Source of the DNA: Amphiscolops sp. MND2022 | Lineage: Eukaryota | Assembly: GCA_964187785.1 (NCBI GenBank) | Contig: OZ076409.1 | Span: 90,026,001-90,090,000, forward strand | Reading direction: 5' to 3' | Length of the DNA: 64,000 bases | In this document: positions 1 through 12,600 of the stretch, piece by piece | Numbering within the stretch: position 1 is the first letter of the stretch | Layout: every line of letters begins with the position of its first letter | The notes under the pieces: model-generated | The model's database searches: none | Seen by the model: only the letters and a program-made list of their open reading frames with translations | What the model was told of the DNA's origin: nothing | Translations under genes and position numbers: made by a program

Positions 1-111
1 CAAGCTTTTTCTCAAATGATGCGGCCATTTACAATTGGGAATTCAGTCTCATTTGCTATAATAGTATTCGTCTTTAGCCCCGTTCGGCTATAACCCAAAC
101 ACCCGTTTTTC

Positions 112-3100
112 TTATTATTTTCCGCCCATATTTTATATGGGAAAGGAAAATATTTAATTAAAACAGGTTTTTTCGACAAAATTTGCCAAGCACCAAGTTT
201 ATACTTAACTTTAATTTATATTTAACTTTTTTTCCAATTTTTTACGTTTCAATGCTATTTTTGTCAATTTTTCAATGGATGTCGTGGATTAGAATGTTGA
301 AAAGGTTCAACACAGCACTAATTCGTTGTCCAGTAGACTTTTCCCAAGAGATAATGGCTGTTTCCAAATGAAAAAATCTCAAATTGACACTGAAAATCTA
401 AAAAAAAATCACAAAAGTTTCTAATTTTAAAAATTTTTACGCAGTTTTTGTCAAATTATTGACACACTTCGTAGATTCTTATGCTTTCAGGGGTCAACGA
501 GGAAAAGATTGGTTGTTCATTAGTCTTTTCCGAAGAGCTTACTGCCTTTTTCAAAATGAAAAAGTCAGAAATTGACAACGAAAATGACAAAAATCCCAAA
601 AATTTCACAATTTTCAAAACAAATTTGCCTTTTATGATAAAGTTTCCAAATTTTTGACCGACTTTGTGGATTGAACGTTCAAAAAGGTAATTCAGGAAAC
701 AACGTATTGTCCAGTTGTCTTTTCCGAAGGTTTTATTGCAGTTTTCTAAGTGAAAATGTCTCAAACTAACAACAAAAATGACAAAAAACGGAAAAGTTTT
801 CAAATTTCAAGATTTTTTGCTTTTTATGATAAGGTTTCGAGAGACTTCGTGGATTGGAAACTTTTTAGGAGTCCACAGGGTTGGTTGTCCAGTAGTCTAT
901 TATCAAAAGATAATTGCAATGTTCTGAACGGAAATGTCTCAAATTGACACCAAAAACGACAAAAATCTCTAAATTATCTAGATTTCAAAAAAATTATGCG
1001 TTTTCCCCAAATTTTGAACAGACTTTGTGGATTGGAATGCTGAAAACGTTCGTCGACGTGAGAATTTGTTGTCCAATAGTCTTGTTTAAAGAGATAACTG
1101 CAGTTTTCTGGATGAAAAATGTCTCAAATTGAAACCGAAAATGACAAAAAACCCGAAACTTTTCAATTTTCATGGTTTTTATGCATTTTTTTTTCAAAAT
1201 TTAGACCAACCCAACTTCGTCACCTGGAACGTTGAAAAAGGTCAACAAGGAAAAAATGTGTTGTCCAGTATGCTTAGAAAAGAGATCAATACAGTTTTTT
1301 AACCAAAACCTGTCCGAAATGGACTTCAAGAAAACATAAATTCGAAAATTTTCCGAGTTTTACTACTTTCGTTCAATTTTTGTCAAAATATCCATAGACT
1401 TCAAGATCTAGAATGTTAAAACGCCCAAAGCATAAGCAATTTTGTTGTTTCGGTGAGCTTTCGTCACAAGGTAAGTTCAAATTGTAAAAGATAAAAGCCT
1501 CGAATAGTCCTTGAACTGTCGAAATTTGTTTTGTCGTTTTTGATGCATTCTCTGTACATTTTCCGAGAGATTTTGTTCTAAGTTCCAATACAATCAACTC
1601 AACAACAAAAACAACGAGCTTTGAATGACATTTTTCAAGAGAACGTTGCAGCGTTCTGCTTCGAAAACACTTCAGAATGACTCCAAGGGAGTCGAAAAGT
1701 TTCAACATCTTCGTTCTTGTGCAACTTGTGTACTTTTTGAATAGTTTTGAGTCAGAATGTTGGCAAACGTCCAACAAAAACTGAAATCATAATCCAGAAG
1801 GCTTTTAAAGGAATATTTGCAGTCTTCTATTGGAAAATGGCTCACAATTGACTGTAAAAAGTCGAGGAGATCGAAATTTTTGTCGATTTCAGAGATTTCC
1901 AGTGAATTTTGGTTTGAGATGATAAAACTAGCTCCGAAGCACATTTTCCAGAAAAATGCCCAATTTATGGTAGAAAGTATCCTCAGAATGAACCAAATAT
2001 TGGAAAAACTGAACTTTCGAGGTTTTTTTACATCTTTAGACAGCTTCTTGTACAATTTTTGAGCTAATTCGCATAAAAGTTTCAAAAACTCAGCAATGAC
2101 TATTCCGGGTATTTCGACAAATTTGAAGAGATAACTGCATTTTTTGTTGGAATTGTCCTCAAAAACACCCAGAAATCCATGAAACAACTAAAAAGCACGT
2201 TGTTGACAAACTAATCCGAATTATTGTTCAAACCATGAAAGTTTTTGAAGAATAGAAGTTCCTATGACCTGATCGTTGAAACAATAGGGTATTCAAAACG
2301 CAATTGGGGAAAAAGTGGGATGAAGTTCATCGAGTTTACAACAAAAGTGTCAAAGTTTCCGAACTTTTTTCGTTTTCGACAATATAGTCCCAATTTTGGA
2401 CCCTTTCCGAAAATTTACTTTAATCAGAAATACCATAGGCTCAGGATTGAAACGTGTGGCTACCGGTGGTGTTTCGAAATAATATCAGACAAAATTTTTG
2501 CCAAACTTTCAAAAACTTTGCTTGAAAACGCAATTTTCGACTTCATTTTTCCAATATTTAATCTTCACCAGCAATATTTAATCTTCACCTTTAAGCAAAA
2601 TCACCAGATATTCAGTACACCTTCCAAAGGAAGCTGCTTCGAGCTACTTTGTGGGTTTATATGGTGTAAACGTCCAAGAACACCTAAACCCGGTGTCCAG
2701 TAGGCCTAAATTTGAAGAGACATCTGTAGATTCATGTTAGAAAAGTTCCTCAAATCAAGTTGTCAAAACTATATCCATTTTTTGAAATTTCTGGTGAAGC
2801 TATGTGCAATATTATAACAAACCGCTCAACTTTCTTAAAGTTGCAAAGGACCTAGTTTCAAGCTTTTACCATTTTCCCGGTGCCAAAAATTTCGCAAGAA
2901 ATACGCCTGAGACTAGGAAATCACTTTTTTGCCCAGCAGGAATCTCAAAAAAATTTTTTTTGATTTTTTTTGCGGTAAAGTTGATGGCGAAACGAGTTTC
3001 AGCTCGCAAAACTAGTTTCCTCAAGTCGAACTTAAATATGAAAGCAAAAGGGTACTCTTTGACCAAATGAATGTTTCGGAAAGATGCAAAAAAGCGAAAA

Positions 3101-3518
3101 AAAACGAAATGAGGTAATTTCCACAATCAAGAAGAAACCTCGTCAGTTCCATATGATCAAAAGAACAATATGAACAAAGAAGTCACCCTCAATACTCGGA
3201 AAACCTATTTCCTATACAGAAAAACATTAAAATTGAAAATTGCAAAAGGTGTTTTTCGAAAATTATTTTCAAAAAAGTTTGAAAGTTTTCTCTTTTCTCG
3301 GTAAGCCGCATTGTGACAAAAAAATGGCCAGCTATTGCAGAATATATAAATTAGGGTTTTTATTTGTAATGGGCTAAGATGAATCAAAACTTTCCCTTCT
3401 TCGAACATCTTTGCGTTTTTATATTGCATTGGCTATTCTTGAGACTCAATTTTATTCAGTTGTAGAACAGTTTGGGGCGGAAAATATCTCGCTGCTCAGC
3501 GGACGTCTTGGTCTTGTT
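112..3518 (+). mobile_element. Helentron/HINE-like non-autonomous element, family B, with internal ~185-bp tandem units
   Basis: 5' palindromic subTIR TATTTTCCGCCC..GGGAAAGGAAAATA; 3' subTIR GGGCGGAAAATA, hairpin CGCTGCTCAGCG and TCTTGTT; paralogous copy at 13259-16059. Confidence 0.7.
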
Positions 3519-3595
3519 CCACAGCCAATAGGCACAATCTTGGGATTTGAAAAGACCTTTGTTCACACTGACTATAGCTAAAGACTTGACTTCGA

Positions 3596-3970
3596 CAGTG
3601 ATTTCGTCCTCAAACGAGTACAGCGATTTTTTTCGCAATCAATAAAATAATACGAAACGCAAAAAGATTGTATGAAAACGAATCTTTGTCTTTCTTGTCA
3701 ACAATTAATTAGAGTATCTTAGGTGAGTTGTTAATTGTGTCAATATAGCTTGTTTTCCGAGCCACCGGCAAAAAAGTAACTGGAAAAAAGTGAAAGTTTG
3801 CAAACTTTTCCATTTTAGAGAAATAGCCTTTTCTCAATACCTGAGCAACTGGTTGCTAAGTTACTGTCCCACTCTAATATTACAGCAGACCACCACTGAA
3901 GGCGCATATAGATGTTTTTTCAATGAAGATTCAGTTATGAGTTTGACCGGCAATTCAAAGGCCCGGTTGG
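3596..3970. repeat. Dispersed repeat; the second copy at ~23433-24350 is interrupted by a CACTA-like MITE
   Basis: Colinear similarity from CGTCCTCAAA.GAG.ACAGCG to TTGACCGGCA.TT.AAAGGCCCGG. Confidence 0.75.
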
Positions 3971-4063
3971 TATAAAATTACCCAGCGTGCAGGCCTGCAG
4001 CATATAAAATGTTCCAGCAGTTTCATGTAGGGAGATCCGAAACTACATTGTTTATCTCTACAG

Positions 4064-4286
4064 GTTTGCCTCTTGGGAGCGGGCTGTGGAAAAACGAATC
4101 AATGAGCTGGAGAAGAAGTTGTTGGGGGTTCTTGCCAAACACCGCGGGGAGGTGGACGAGGGGTTCGTGTCTCTTCAGAGCTCCATGGAAACCATGAAGG
4201 CAGTGACAGAAGGCAAGCGGAGACTGACCGAAGATGTTCTCAGAGAAGCCATCGAAGATATTCGAAAATTATTTGTTCTTGTCTAA
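4064..4286 (+). CDS. Probable terminal exon of an upstream coiled-coil protein gene, convergent with SLC12A9
   Basis: Acceptor TTTATCTCTACAG at 4051-4063; GC-richer than its surroundings; heptad-like FASWERAVEKRINELEKKLL...EAIEDIRKLFVLV then stop. Confidence 0.6.
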
Positions 4287-4508
4287 CTAATACTCGTTTT
4301 AACACCCTTTTCACCAATTCAATTGTTAATTTACTCCTAGAAATGTGCGTTTTTTTTTTCCGTTTTTTAAATGAAGGTATCCGCGCTGATGAAGAGTCAA
4401 GACTCAAATATAACATTGAAAAGGTAGACAAACAAATTCGAAATTATTTCCAAATTTCAAAAGCAGCTGAGACCGTATCAGCTTTACCGCCATATCAATG
4501 CAAATCAA

Positions 4509-4930
4509 CTAGGCTCTTCACGGATTGCGGCTTTTCACGATAATTTGCGGATTGCGGTTTTAGCATGCCGTCCGAAAAAAAATCAGGATAGGTTTTTATT
4601 CAACATCGTTATCAAATAATGCATTAAAGGTACTCAAAACATATGAAGCTTTTCCAACCAAAAAAGGAAAATCTGAGTAAGCATGTTTTACGTTTCATCT
4701 GATGAATAACATCTTTTCAACTGTTGTTCCCAGCAAACTACTTCGCAGCTCCGTATGTATCATCTTATGCTTGCTGAAAACTCTCTCTGTTGCTGCTCCG
4801 CTGGGTAGTATTTTTCGTTGTTATATTTTTGTGTCCAATCAGCGGAACCCGTTTGTCTGGAATTTTCGGTTTGCGGCGCCGGATTAAAACGTGCGGTTTG
4901 CGGGCGGTTAATATATTAGTTGGAGCCCAG
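4509..4930. mobile_element. MITE with 8-bp TSD (hAT-like)
   Basis: Termini CTAGGCTCTTCAC / GTTGGAGCCCAG; TSD CAAATCAA at 4501-4508 and 4931-4938; GCGGATTGCGG subterminal motifs. Confidence 0.7.
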
Positions 4931-6429
4931 CAAATCAACTTGAGTAAGTTGCTAAGTCTCAAAGCAGGGTCGTATTCAGAGTGTAATTTGACTAATTCTG
5001 ATTACATAAGTAGAGTAATTGAGAAACTAAAGCATGGAAAATTTCCCAACTAACAAGTCCAAGAAACGCTTATCATCAATGGATTATGTTAAAACGTATT
5101 AACGCGAGTCAGAGTACCTGAACGATTTTTACTACGTTTCCTCCAATTCTCGCTCTTTTAGCTCAATCACACTGGAGAAGAAACTTAGAACAACTCTCCC
5201 ATTGTTCTTATATATTGAATACCGAGTACAATAACTCCATAACAAAGCTTTTTACAACACAAATCCTGCACCTGTGAGTTTTAGGTCTCAACTCCACGAG
5301 AATCGAGCAATGCAGTTTCTCAATATAAATTTTGCCAGGAAAATTGCCTCTCGGTCATTTATTGATTTTTGGTTTGGTTGGCGTTTGGCAAAATAACGCA
5401 TTGGCGGAGAAAAGCAAAAACAAAAAGAGCAACGGTGAGCAGTCAGACCTTTATGACCTTGAGCAAGTCACTTTAAAATCACAGCTTCAAGCCGACCATT
5501 GCTTGACCACTTGGTTGCAAACATGATACCATAGCATGCTATGGGGAGATAGTATCCGAAAAGGTGCCGACTTGAAAAAGCATTGCTGCTCATTCGGCGT
5601 CCACCCCGCAAGTAATGGGAAATGAACGTTCTTCCTGGTTATGTTTTCAGTTTTAGAGTCTCATTTCCGTCGAGCAAAATGTTACGACCTCCACAGGTTA
5701 TCATCACTTAAAGTAGCACCGCCACCTTTTCCAGTACATTACATAAATGTACCCACTTTAGCCTGAGTAAAAGTCAAGATTGAGTCCGAATTGTCTTTTT
5801 GGGAGTTATTACGTTACTACAGCTTCCGCTTATATAATATGCGAGTGCCCAAATGCAACAGGTACGTTTTTTCAAGTGATCTTCGAAATCCTCCGATATA
5901 AAAGATTTCTTCAAGAACTTCGAACACTTTTTAGAAGGCGAAAGCTTAGAGAGGTGTTTCATTTGTGCGCATTTGTTTTCTTGTATAAGGCTTATTTTAC
6001 ACAGCTAGTATGCAACTACAACTAGTATGTAGTGTAAGTAGCCTATTGGTTAACTTCTTAGTTACATTTTGTAGATGCAGTTCCCTATCAGACTGTCGGT
6101 CTACCTAAAAGTTTTATTTAAAAAATTGTTAATTCTCCCGGAGAATAATTTTTTGTTCATGAATGATTTTTTAAAGCAGTCAGTTTTTTGAATCAACCTT
6201 TTATGTTCCTGGTAGGATATCATGTTGGACCAAAAGCATAATTCTCACGATTGGGTGAAGAGTTGATCGAAGTATTCGGTCCTCCTGGAAATGCTCCGGG
6301 AGAGTCTATTGAGTTATTAGAGTCTATCGAACAGTGTTGTCCTTCCAAATTGGAGAAAAAATTAAATTGGATCAAATTGAAAGAAATTAGGTATCTATGA
6401 TAATCTTCCAAAATTTATCTAGAAAAGTT

Positions 6430-6675
6430 TTAAAACCCTGTGCAAGTAACAACGGAGACTCCGTGTACTAAAAGCGACGGAGGTAATCGCTTAGTGAGGG
6501 TCTCTAGTTGTTCCATGTATCTCTCGCAAGTGAGGCGAACTTCTCGGGTGTTCTCCATTGTCGAGGAAGAACTCACACTGCCAGACCGTTTATAGACCTC
6601 CGGTGGGGGTCTTGGGAGGTAGAGGAACACCATTATGGAGCTGGAGCAATGCTGACGCAGGATCCTGTTGGAGTT
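6430..6675 (-). CDS. SLC12A9: SLC12A9-like exon 8 (terminal)
   Basis: Acceptor TGTTTCAG; NSNRILRQH..FLYLPRPP..LLVHGVSVVTCTGF then TAA. Confidence 0.9.
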   Translation of the reverse strand, partial: NSNRILRQHCSSSIMVFLYLPRPPPEVYKRSGSVSSSSTMENTREVRLTCERYMEQLETLTKRLPPSLLVHGVSVVTCTGF

Positions 6676-9600
6676 CTGAAACAAGTTTCGATCCAAGTAG
6701 GATGTCGACAAGTTTGTATGTAGGCTTTAGCTCTTGAAACAGTCCGAATTTAAACTGCAGTTTGAGCCCCTAGTTTCTTGGGAAACGAAGATATTTTCTT
6801 CCCATTGCTAATATCAACTGGTGTGTTCCGATCTTCATAACTCATTTATTTTTCTCTGATTAATTTCCCTGATTCTTGTGACAGTATTTATCTGAGTTCT
6901 GTTTTTTATGGAATACGTTTTTTGCAACCCTGAAAAATATTCTGACAAGTAAAAGACGTTTTTTCCATGGGTTCCAGGACATTAGTTTTAATGATTGCTA
7001 TCGTTTTCGGGATTCCAAATGATGTAATTTATCAGTCGAAGTTCTGATCATTTTGAAAATAGGTGCTTTATCCAAGTTTTTTATCTTAAACTTCGTTGTC
7101 GGCATTTTTTGTTTTTAACCTGAATAGAAAAAAGAACTAGATGAAACGTTAGTCAAAACCAAGGAAAAATGGCAAACGTTTTGCGGATATACTAACTTCA
7201 AAATATGAAAGAGGTAAATTAGTTTTCGCGGAGGCCATCGAAGAAGCGTCCTGAGAGGCTGTGACTGATTCTTCGATGGTAGTTGAAGCAACATAAAAAG
7301 GATCGGCCATGCCTTCCCAGTCAATGTGAACAACCTCAGCACTTATCCGGAGCTTGTCCAACAAATTGCGCATTGTGTTGATTGCTTGCTCTCTCAGTCT
7401 GTCCTTGCATGACACGAACACGCGAAGTCTTGAATTGGATTTCCAAACACCCTAAACAGACAACACCCTTTACAAAATCAGCCAGGAAAAACACGTGATG
7501 ACAATTCAAGTTGAACTAGATTCTTTCACAAATTTCCAACAACACATTTGAGCACTATAACTGTTCTCCGGAAAAATTTAAACGGATATGTCTATGATTT
7601 CATCATGTCTCTTTACTAGGCAGATAAGTGTCCAGTTTTACATATAAACCCCAAAACTTCATCATGGAAACGTTGTTGGAAAAATGTGGAGTTGAATGAA
7701 ATTGTGAGATAATGGCATTTTTTACTTTCACTCGCAGAGAAAAACTTTGGATGGACCTTAAACGAGTAAAAATCATAAAACGGTTCTTTTCTTTCATCAG
7801 TCGACTGTCTATCAAAATATGTCATGACTCTTCTTGCTTGGTGATGTATTGATTCTTGCTTGGTGATTGATAAATGTTCATCAATTTTTTGTCCTCGCTG
7901 ATTTTCAGCTTCCGCGTGGCTCACTGCATGACAAACAGTTCTGCTGTAATTCAGTTCTACTGTTCTGGTACACTTCATCGATTGTACGATCAGCAGTACT
8001 AACATTCAAGTGTGACAGCAATGGTCACCATCTTACTAGATAAACCAACGGATACAAAATAAAAACGGATTAAATAGGATAAAAAATAGGAAAAAGGATT
8101 AAATAAATAAAATAAATAAAATATTTTGAGCTCTCAAACTAATGTTTCGAAGCAACTCTGAATTTACAATTCAGCTTGTGAATCGCTTTTGAGAGTTTTC
8201 ATTGGAGGTGAGTATTAAATTTTAACCGCCAAACTGAAAACATCTTATGGTAGAACTTTACGACAACTTGACACAAATAGCAAAAGTCGACAACTCACAA
8301 CATATTTGAAAATCAAAAACTTGGCATAAGTGACAAAAAACGAATTTCGATTTCGGTTTGAGCATAATTTCTGAAACATATTTCTGTAACTGGCATCACT
8401 GAAAACTTGATTACAACTCTCGAAAAACAGTTGAATTGGGGAATCAAAGCCTGTTTCAATAGATCTAAGTTTGACCATTCAACGAATTTCAAAATACGAC
8501 ATAAAATCCTCCCTGTCAGATATTTTTTAGATTATAAATGCCTTTCATACCTTTGGAAATATAAAAATAACTTGATTCCAGCTTTTAATAACAAGCTACA
8601 GTTGCCGACTGCAAAGATAATGATACATAAGAGAACACAAACCGAATACTCAGATATGACAATAAGATCTCAATTTCTTCGAAACTGTCTCTTTAAAAGA
8701 ACACTACCCTTGTGGAACACTCTACCGAGAAACATGATAAAGGAGAAAATCTCATACGAAACCATGAAAAAAAGAATCAAATCTTTTCTTTTCAAAAGAT
8801 ACGAAAATGATATAGACCGACCACAATATGGAATAAAATGTTGGAGTGTTTACCGTTTTACATAATTTGTCCCCATAATCACCCCCCCCCCTTTTACATA
8901 CCTTCAATTACGCTTTTTAACACTTATATTGTATATATACACTGCCTCTTGAAATGGAATGGCATTTTTTATACTATTTCAAGTTGGAAATAGTGTTTTT
9001 TTTACATTGCGTGAAAGTTGAAACCACAATTTCAAATCTAATTATTCGAAACTTTTCCCCAGTGAATGTTTGTCAACGAAGACCCTGCAATCGAGGACAT
9101 GGTACGCTTGCCAAGAACCATTGTAAGTCGCTAGCTAGCCTTGTCAAGATCTTACAATGATCTTGCCAAGATTTTACCAAGGATACCATGCTTCTGGATG
9201 ATCGTGCCAAGCGTACCATGTTTTACCATGATCTTGGTAATGATGCCAAGATTAACCATGTTCTTGACAAGCGTTCTATGGTAGCAATTGCGTTTTTTTA
9301 TTCGAATCCCTTCATCGCAAATTCTTTGTAAAGCATTCAATTGCAATTTTTGTCGGCAAATTTTTAAACAACCGCTAGTTAAGTTACTAAATGAGAATCT
9401 GAAACATTTCGAATTTCATAAAATTATTAGCGTTCAAATAGCAAGGTTCAAAGTTTTCATTTTTGGCTTTAAAAACTAGCTTCCATGCATCCATGCAGTA
9501 TTAAAAAAGTTCATGCAGTTTCAAGAAAGAAAAAGATAAAACTTGGTTGCGTCGTCGCTGACACACAAAAAGCACACCTTCATCTTCAAGATGCAGGCCA

Positions 9601-12600
9601 GCTGTAGCATGAAAAAGGATGGGACTTCTGTGGTGAAATGAGACCCTGGGTTCATGAAGTCAACCAGCCATACATCAATGTACAGTGGGTTGCTGCTGTC
9701 TCTTTTTTCAGTGAGGATACTCTCGTCCAAACTGTTGAAGTTCCTGGCTAGACAAACATTTTTGTTCATAGTAATGAGGTCATCAATCACTCTGACGTAA
9801 TCGATCAGACTGAGAACTCGCTCATCGTCTTGTGCTCGAACTTCCGGTAGTTCGTTTAGAGTAGTCTGGAACTTGTATTTCAATTTCTTCGAGCTAGAAA
9901 CTGATGTTGTCGATCTGGAAAAATAGAGGTGTTTCAATTCTGTGAAGGCTACATAGTAATCATTTTGAGAAAGAACTTCAAACTTTGTTCAAATTTAATC
10001 AACAAATTGCTAGAATAAAATAAATTGTACCCTTGGGAAATGGCAATCGTTCCATTTATTGACCTTTCTATATTTCATTCTGACTTAAGAAACCATAACT
10101 CTTAGTGTCAATACAGGATTTTTTTTCTAATTTCTGGCAATGACTACCAGCAGCGCTCGTGAAAGCCGGAAAGTACTTTCCACTTGGCCTGGAGGTTAAC
10201 GGGAGTTTCTTTACGTGGTGAGGGAGTTTCTCTGTGTGTACGTGGGTTCGAGTCCCGCGCTAGACCAAAATTGTTTTTCCAACATTGTGGGACTTTTTCG
10301 AGAAACTTTTGTTTTTACAAGAGCAACCCCATCAATTGTTGCAGATTCTAGCAAGGTAGAACGTTCTGCGACCTCATAAGACATCCTTTGGGTTTTTGAC
10401 ACAGTGCGACGTTTCTCCCAGACAAAATTACCCACGAACATGGGCCTTACGATGTAATTCAGTTGTAGAAAACCATTTTCGTGGATCACGGGTAATCTTT
10501 GTGGTTATTTGGCAGTAGTATGAGATTGATGAGAGTGTTCTGAATAAATGATATTGACCATTAATGAAAGATATTTTTAGTCGGCGCATTTTTACAAAAT
10601 GAGCCCGACTATTACAGTGGCAAGTTTTTTTTCTTTTTTTTCGTCAGACAACAGAATGAATGCGTAGTGGACACTTTTTCTACAGAACTACTAAACTACT
10701 GGACCGGCAAGCGGAAACGCATCTAAGTTAGTGCAAAGGGTCCCCCTTTCGTGTACTCAGTTTTTAACGTAAGATACAAAAATCGGAACTACAGGGTCCC
10801 CCTTTGAATTTTTTTCGGCACTCTGAGAATTTTTTCGAATTTTTTTTGTCGCCAAAGGGTCCCCCCTTCAAGTTTTTTGATATTTTGCAGCAAACTGAAG
10901 TTTCAAAGAGCCCAAAGGGTCTCCCCTTTTACAATTTTAAAAACTTTACACTTTTTGAGCCTTAGATATAGCGCCGACTTTAGACGTTCCCGTCTTGTTA
11001 GCTTTAAGGGGGCGATCACTAAAACTGTTCTCTGTTTGTTTGCAGTTCAAAAAATGCGTTCCTCAAAGTTGAAGGGTTTGCGTTTTGCGTTTTCAGCACT
11101 GGGCGGTTTTTTCGAGATTCAAAAATCGAGAAACATTCCCATCGTTTACATTTTTAGTCGGCGCTTCATGAAGTGAAACGCGACTATTATAGTGGCTTTT
11201 CTTTTTTTTCAATCCACACCAACTGACCAAAACAGTTCTTTAAAGTTCTACAAAATATTATTGCACCAAATTGCACTATTTGGTCTAGCGAACTACTGAA
11301 CCAAAAAGGTTTTTCTTGTTTTCCCGCGTAACATACCATACCCGGCGAGACCAAAGGGTCCCCCCTTCCAATTATTTTCGGCACTGCGAGACTTTTTTTC
11401 CGGAAAATTTTTTCCCCAAAGGGTCCCCCCTTCAATTTTTCGATGTTTTGCGACAGAATGGATGTTGGAAAATCCCAAAGGGTCCCCCCTTTCAGTTTTT
11501 TTCGGCACTGTGAGATTTTTTTCCGAAAATAAAAACTTCCCCCTTCAATTTTTTTGATGTTTTGCGACAGAATGGATGTTGAAAAACCACAAAGGGTCCC
11601 CCTTTCAGTTTTTCGGCACTGTGAGACTTTTTTTCTAAATTTTTTTCTCTCTCCAAAGGGTCTCCCTTCAATTTCTTTGATGTTTTACAACAAATTGGGT
11701 GTTTAAAAACCCCAAAGGGTCCCCCCTTTCAGTTTTTCGGCATTGTGAGACTTTTATTCGAAAATTTGTTTTTTCTCCAAAGGGTTCCCCTTCAACTGCG
11801 ACAAAAATGTTGACAATTTCGGAAGTGTCCCCCTTTCAGCGCGCCACTCGGTCCATTTTTTTGAGTATGTAATTTTTTCGAAAACCTTTTTCGTGAAATT
11901 TTCGATTTTCGAGTACTGTAAAAGAGAATACTTGACACTTGGAAGTATTTTGCTATTTTTGAGCCTTGGATATGGCGCCGACTTGGGCCGGTCCCGGCTT
12001 GTTTTTTATTATTTAAAAAAAAGTCTTGTTTTTAAGTTAACCTGCAATCTAAAGTGTATCCAGGCTCCAAAGAGCTCACTTTGGTTCTTTTCACATTTTA
12101 CACTAAATAAACCAGAGCCGCATGTGCGGTAAAGGAGTCGGCTTAGGTCTTTTTCCTTCTGAAGTCGAAAAATGGCCCTTTTTGACCATTTTTTGGCTAA
12201 TTTTGACTATGTTTCTCACATCCCAGCCATACGATTTTGATGCCATTGCACATATAGGACTCTAATATGGTGTAGAATAACTGTAGAAAGTTTCGTTCGA
12301 ATCGTATGGACAGTTTTTGAGAAAATCGAAAAAAGTCGAAAAATGGCTGTTTTTTTGGCCATTTTTGGGCTAATTTTGGCTATGTTTCTCACATCCCAGC
12401 CATACGATTTTGATGCCATTGCACATATAGGACTCTAATATGGTGTAGAATAACTGTAGAAAATTTCGTTCGAATCGTATGGACAGTTTTTGAGAAAATC
12501 GAAAAAAGTCGAAAAATGGCTGTTTTTTGGCCATTTTTGGGCTAATTTTGGCTATGTTTCTCACATCCCAGCCATACGATTTTGATGCCTTTGCACACGC

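Noticed and set aside
183..3429. Many 60-160 aa ORFs rich in F/K/N
   Set aside because: They lie in a tandem-unit non-coding repeat and are not preserved in the paralogous copy at 13259-16059.
5708..6110. Kolobok-like TTAA element
   Set aside because: The terminal match is short and imperfect and the right TTAA is absent.
7616..8005. 129-aa intronic ORF as an extra SLC12A9 exon
   Set aside because: Exons 6 and 7 join in phase without it and it has no SLC12 similarity.
10181..10270. Functional tRNA gene (also at 14700-14750, 39660-39725, 42256-42333)
   Set aside because: A/B-box-like motifs are present but I could not fold an acceptor or anticodon stem; treated as tRNA-derived repeats.
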